64,000 nucleotides of DNA from an uncultured Candidatus Rokubacteria bacterium (GTDB taxonomy: Bacteria > Methylomirabilota > Methylomirabilia > Rokubacteriales > DASRDR01): NCBI GenBank assembly GCA_963708025.1, contig CAVPSB010000029.1, positions 73,411 through 137,410 on the forward strand, given 5' to 3'. The position numbers and the translations under genes are program-made. Shown piece after piece: positions 59,757 to 64,000 of this stretch (position 1 is the stretch's first letter; every line of letters starts with the position of its first letter). Below the pieces are notes generated by a model that saw only the letters and a program-made list of their open reading frames with translations, made no database searches and was not told where the DNA came from.

Positions 59757-61270
59757 GAACTCTGCGGCTTGACCGACACCGTGATCATCGACGCCGACGG
59801 CATCTACGATCCCCGCCTCCTCAACGACCGCCTGCTGCTGGGCCTCAAGGGGACTATCAGCGAGGCCGAACTGGGCTGGCTTCGGCAACGCGCCTATGAA
59901 GGGCTCCTGGCCAAGGCCCGCCGCGGGGAACTCCTTCTGCCGCTGCCCGTCGGCTTCGTGCACACGCCCGACGCGCGCATCGAGAAACATCCGGACCAGC
60001 GCGTCCAAGCGGCCATCCGCCTGGTCTTCCAGCAATTCGCGGCCCTCCGCAGCGCCCGCCAGGTCTTGCTCTGGTTTCGCCAGGAGCAGCTCCCCCTGCC
60101 GGCACTCACCGCCGCGGCGCCCTGGGGCGAGCGGGTCACCTGGCGCCCCCCGATCTACAACACCATCCTGAGCCTGCTGCGGAATCCCGTCTATGCCGGG
60201 GCTTACGCCTTCGGCCGGACCGGGACCCGGACGCGCATCGTTGACGGGGCCGCCCTGAAAACGCGGGGCCACCGCCGGGAGCGCGACGCGTGGTTGGTCT
60301 TGCTGCCCGGTCATCATGCTGGGTATATTGCGTGGGACACGTACGAGCGGAACCTCCAGCTCCTCGCCGACAACGCACAGATGAAGGGCCTCATGGCCAA
60401 GGGCGCGGTCCGCGCCGGCCCGAGTCTGATCGCCGGGCTTCTCCGGGCGGCCCCTGTGGCCGGCGGTTGCAGGTGGCCTACTCCGAGGCCGTGGTGCGCT
60501 ACACCTGCCGGAACCAGGCCGCGGCCGGGTGCAGCCTGGCCTTTGGCGGCCTCCGGGTTGACGCGGCCGTCGAGCGCGAGGTCCTGCGCGTGCTGACCCC
60601 CGGGGCGATCGAGGCGGCGCTCGTCAGCGCCGACTCGGGCGACGCCGACGCCGCGGGGAGCCGCCGCGCGCTCGAGCTCGAACTGCGTGAGGCGCGATAC
60701 GAGGCCGAGCGGGCTCAGCGGCAGTATGATGCCGTGGAACCCGAGCACCGGCTGGTCGCCGCAACCTTGGAGCAGCGGTGGAACCTGGCGCTCGAGCGCG
60801 TCGCGACCCTGGAGCAGCGCCTCGACCAGCTCGCGGCCGCCCCGGCCCCGCCCGCCCCGCCCGATCGCGCGACCCTCCTCGCCCTGGCCCAGGAGTTTCC
60901 CACCGTGTGGGCCGATCCCGCCACCGATGGGCGGACCAAGAAGCACCTCGTCCGCCTGCTGATCGAAGAGATCGTGGCGTCGGTGCCCAACCACCGTGAG
61001 GTCGAGCTCCTGATTCACTGGAAAGGCGGGAAGCACACTCGGCTGACCGTGCCTCGCAATCGCCCGGGGCAGCACCGCCGGTGCACCGACCGCGCCGTGG
61101 TGGACGTCGTCCGCGATCTCGCCCGTCGGGTGCCTGATGCGCAGATCGCGCGCATCCTGAATCGCCTCGGCTATCGGACCGGGGCCGGGAACACCTGGAC
61201 CCAGCAGCGCGTGGTCAGTCTCCGGCACGCGCATGCGATCCCCGTCTACACCCCGAGTCCCGAAGCCACG
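59757..61270 (+). pseudogene. Large serine recombinase, N- and C-truncated, frameshift near 60450
   Basis: YDP...NDRLLLGLKGTISEAEL, KARRGEL, LRNPVYAGAY, HAGYI.W, RYEAERAQRQYDAVEP..RLVA..LE.RW; catalytic N-terminus absent. Confidence 0.85.
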
Positions 61271-61274
61271 CGCG

Positions 61275-62087
61275 CTGACCCGGGAGCTCCTCCTCAGCGA
61301 GCTCTTCGGCCACGAGCGGGGCGCCTTCACCGGCGCGATCGAGCGCCGGACCGGGCTCCTGGCGGCGGCCGAGGGCGGGACGGTGTTCCTCGACGAGGTG
61401 GGCGAGCTCGCGCCCGAGGCGCAGGCGATGCTGCTCCGGTTCCTCGCGTCCGGCGAGGTCCGGGCCGTGGGCGCGACTCGAACGCGTACGGTGGACGTCC
61501 GCGTGATCGCGGCGACCCACCGCGACCTGCTCGGCGAGACGCTGGCGAGCCGCTTCCGCGTGGACCTCTACTACCGGCTGCGGCGGGTCGTCCTCCGGGT
61601 GCCGGCCCTGCGAGAGCGGCGCGGGGACCTCCCGCTCCTCATCGAGCATTGCCGCCAGCAGGCGAACACGCGGCACGGCCTGGCCATTGCCGGCCTGACG
61701 CCCGCCGCGCGCCGGCGGCTCGCCGGGCACCCCTGGCCCGGCAACGTGCGCGAATTGGAGGCGGTGCTCGAGGAGGCAATGATCCTGAAGGGGCGGGGCT
61801 GGCTCGGGCCGGACGACCTTGTGCTGGATGACGGCCCCGTGCCCGGCGTCCACCCGTCCGGCTATGCGGGCCGCGAGGCAGTCGCGCTCCGGCTCGCCAT
61901 CACCCAGGGTGTGGTCACGCGCCGAGAGCTGGCCGTCGCCTGTGGGGTCTCCGGCGAGGTCGCGCGTCGGACGCTGGTAGCCCTCGTCGTGCACGGGCGG
62001 CTCCAGCCTGTTGGCACAGTCCATGACTGGCGACGCGGCGCTACTTCCAGATCACCCTGTCGGCAACCGGGGCCAGGATTGGCTTGA
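61275..62087 (+). pseudogene. sigma54-dependent activator fragment (AAA domain lacking Walker A)
   Basis: SELFGHERGAFTGA, GGTVFLDEVGEL, FR.DLYYRL, WPGNVREL; no start codon, abuts the recombinase remnant. Confidence 0.85.
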
Positions 62088-62149
62088 GTTTGTCTGGATC
62101 CCGCTCTGCCATGATGAGCGTCATCTCTTGGGCCGAAAAGGGCCCCACC

Positions 62150-62186
62150 CCCCGGTGGACATCTCAAATCCGGCCATACGTGGACA
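62150..62186 (+). mobile_element. IS21-type terminal repeat, cut by IS66
   Basis: CCGGTGGACATCTCAAATCCGGCCATACGTGGACA, a tandem GTGGACA...CCGGCCA end motif interrupted at its second unit. Confidence 0.55.
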
Positions 62187-62264
62187 GTAAGTCCTCGCGA
62201 TTCCCCGTCTGGTCGGTAACCCGCCGGTCGGGGCATCGTTGCGCCATCACGAGGAGGTGCAACG

Positions 62265-62624
62265 ATGAACGACGCGATCCGCGCGCTCCGGTCTGAAGCG
62301 CACCAGCTCACTCGCGGGAAGGCCCCCAAGGCCATCCGGTACCCGGTCGCATTTCGCGAGGCCGTCGCCGCGCTCACACGGGCGCAGCTCGACCAGGGTG
62401 CCTCGATAAATCGCGTGGCCGGGGCGCTGGGGTTGCCGGCGCAGAGCCTCACCCGCTGGCTCCAGCAGAGTGCCCCGCCGGTGCTCCGCCCCGTCACGGT
62501 CCGGCCGGACCCGGTGGCGCCGGCCCCGCCTGCGGCCGGCCCCGTGCTCCTCACCCCGCAGGGCGTTCGGGTCGAGGGGCTCGATCGCGACACCCTCCTC
62601 GCCGTGCTCCGGGTCCTCGGGTGA
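62265..62624 (+). CDS. tnpA: IS66 TnpA (HTH)
   Basis: YP..FR, VA..LG....L.RW, P.GVRVEGL; GAGGAGG RBS. Confidence 0.85.
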   Translation: MNDAIRALRSEAHQLTRGKAPKAIRYPVAFREAVAALTRAQLDQGASINRVAGALGLPAQSLTRWLQQSAPPVLRPVTVRPDPVAPAPPAAGPVLLTPQGVRVEGLDRDTLLAVLRVLG

Positions 62625-63014
62625 TCGGCTCCACCCGGCAGGTCGCCGTCTGGGCGTACGGCGCCGCCGCCGATCTCCGGAAAGGCTTCGACGGCCTGAG
62701 CGCGTTGGTGAGCCAGGGGCTCGGGCGCGATCCGCTCTCGGGCGACTGCTACCTGTTCGTCAATGCCACGCGCAAGCGGGCCAAGGTGCTCCTGTGGGAC
62801 GGGACGGGGCTGTGCATCTACGCCAAGCGCCTGGAGCGGGGCCGCTTCGCGTCCCTGTGGCGCGACGCCGACGCCCGGAGCGTGCGGCTCGACGATGAGC
62901 GAGCTGCAGCTCTTCCTCGAGGGCAGCACCCTCGTCGGCCGCCTCGCGCTGTCGCCCCCACCGTTCGTCGTCGCGGAAACGCGAAAAGATCTTGCATCGC
63001 GCGCGACGAGATGA
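62621..63014 (+). CDS. tnpB: IS66 TnpB accessory protein, frameshift near 62890
   Basis: DLRKGFDGL, DPLSG..YLF, KVL.WDGTG..Y.KRLE.GRF / EL.L.LEG. Confidence 0.9.
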
Positions 63015-63026
63015 TGTAGTGCGTTC

Positions 63027-64000
63027 GTGCTCCGTCTCGAGACGATCCGCGATGCTGACATGCTTCGTCAGGTCGCGGTCCTCCTCGAGCGCGAGAACGA
63101 GAAACTCCACGCGAAGGTCGCCGCGCTCACCCACGAGCTCGCCCGCCTCCGCGGCCACGACGCCTCCGCCGCTGAGCGTCAGCTGGCATTCCTGAAAGAG
63201 CTGCTCGCACAGCGCGAGCAGGCCCTCTTCGGTCCGTCCTCGGAGCAGCGCCCGCGCCGGCCGGATGCCGAGCCTGTTCCCGCGCCGGCGCCCCGGCGTG
63301 GCCACGGCCCCGAAGGCCCAACCCGAGTTGCCCCGCGTCGAGATGGTGCACGTGCTCGACCACCGCCGATCACACGTGTCCTCAGTGCGGCGGTACGCTC
63401 CGGCCGATGGCCGGGCAGACGGAGGACGCCGACGAGATCACCGTCGTCGAGCGGCGGTTCGTGCTCGTCACCCACAAGCGCCAGAAGTACCGGTGTGCGT
63501 GTAACGGGTGCGTGGACACGGCGCCGGGGCCGCTGCGCCTGGCGGCTCGGCCCGACGCGCGGGGCCGGCGCTACGCTCCGGAGTTCGCGGTCGAAGTCGC
63601 GATCGGCAAGTACGGCGATCATCTGCCGCTCGAACGCCAGGCGCGGGTGATGCGGCGCGAGGGGCTGGACGTCGCGTCCCAGACCCTCTGGGATCAGATC
63701 GAGGCCCTCGCCACGGTGCTGCAGCCGACGTACGAGGCGCTGCACCGGCACGTGCTGGCCGCCCCAGTCATCGGGGCGGACGAGACGTGGTGGCGGTTCA
63801 TGCAGGGGCGCGAGGGCAAGCGCTGGTGGGCCTGGAGCGTGACGAGCGCGGACGCGGTCGCCTACATGATTCTGGAGAGCCGGTCGCAGGAGGCGGCCCG
63901 GCAGGTGCTCAACGGCTACGGCGGCATCGTGCTCGCCGACGGGTATGGAGCCTACGACGCCCTGGCCCGCGCCGGGCCCCGGTTCACCCTGGCGCACTGC
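63027..64000 (+). CDS. tnpC: IS66 TnpC transposase (partial, frameshifts near 63315 and 63370)
   Basis: LFG.SSE, R.KY.C, KY.DHLPL.RQ, ADET.W, DGY.AY motifs read across frames. Confidence 0.9.

Larger units (their letters stand above)
62187..64000 (+). mobile_element. IS66-family element (runs off the window)
   Basis: GTAAG left end followed by tnpA-tnpB-tnpC. Confidence 0.92.

Noticed and set aside
1-64000. CRISPR array, tRNA or rRNA genes
   Set aside because: No regularly spaced repeat-spacer array and no recognisable tRNA or rRNA sequence found by eye

Overview
A high-GC bacterial chromosome segment. Gene content and repeat style suggest Ca. Rokubacteria/Methylomirabilota, which is inference only. 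About a dozen single-base frameshifts in otherwise intact genes look like long-read consensus errors. 1-18 kb is mostly minus-strand housekeeping and redox genes: FmdB zinc ribbon, CMK-like-BON, DUF3500, redoxin, dsbD, an msrB remnant, iorAB-type molybdoenzyme, OB-fold/thiolase pair, decaying vapBC, MFS, MgtC, uvrA and a MetX-like esterase. 18-30.7 kb is a heavy-metal (probably Cu/Ag) cluster of two converging operons: DUF302, SHOCT, degenerate cyclase, RND-MFP-TolC, Cys-less cupredoxin, Met-rich protein, YHS protein and cytochrome c. 30.8-35.2 kb holds Fur/PerR, rubrerythrin, Fe-S oxidoreductase, DUF3501, cytochrome c and a PuuD-like membrane protein. 35.7-59.5 kb is a lower-GC envelope/polysaccharide island: DksA/TraR, ExeA-ankyrin, OmpA, YdcF, wzm/wzt, modifying enzymes, split transketolase, epimerase-GT2 fusion and GtrII-like protein. 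59.5-64 kb is nested mobile-element debris (serine recombinase, sigma54 activator fragment, IS21 end, IS66). The most notable signal is a duplicated regulatory cassette heading both metal operons: tandem GTGGGGC-N6-GCCCCAC upstream sites, a TGGCAAG-N4-TTGCT sigma54 promoter, then a short signal-bearing leader ORF with C-x12-C about 38 residues before a terminal LPxPPPxA. This is a candidate metal-sensing ribosome-arrest leader family. Also notable are two small cassettes flanked by duplicated gene ends, a three-copy structured repeat family, and a promoter-driven orphan structured RNA. No rRNA, tRNA or CRISPR array was seen.
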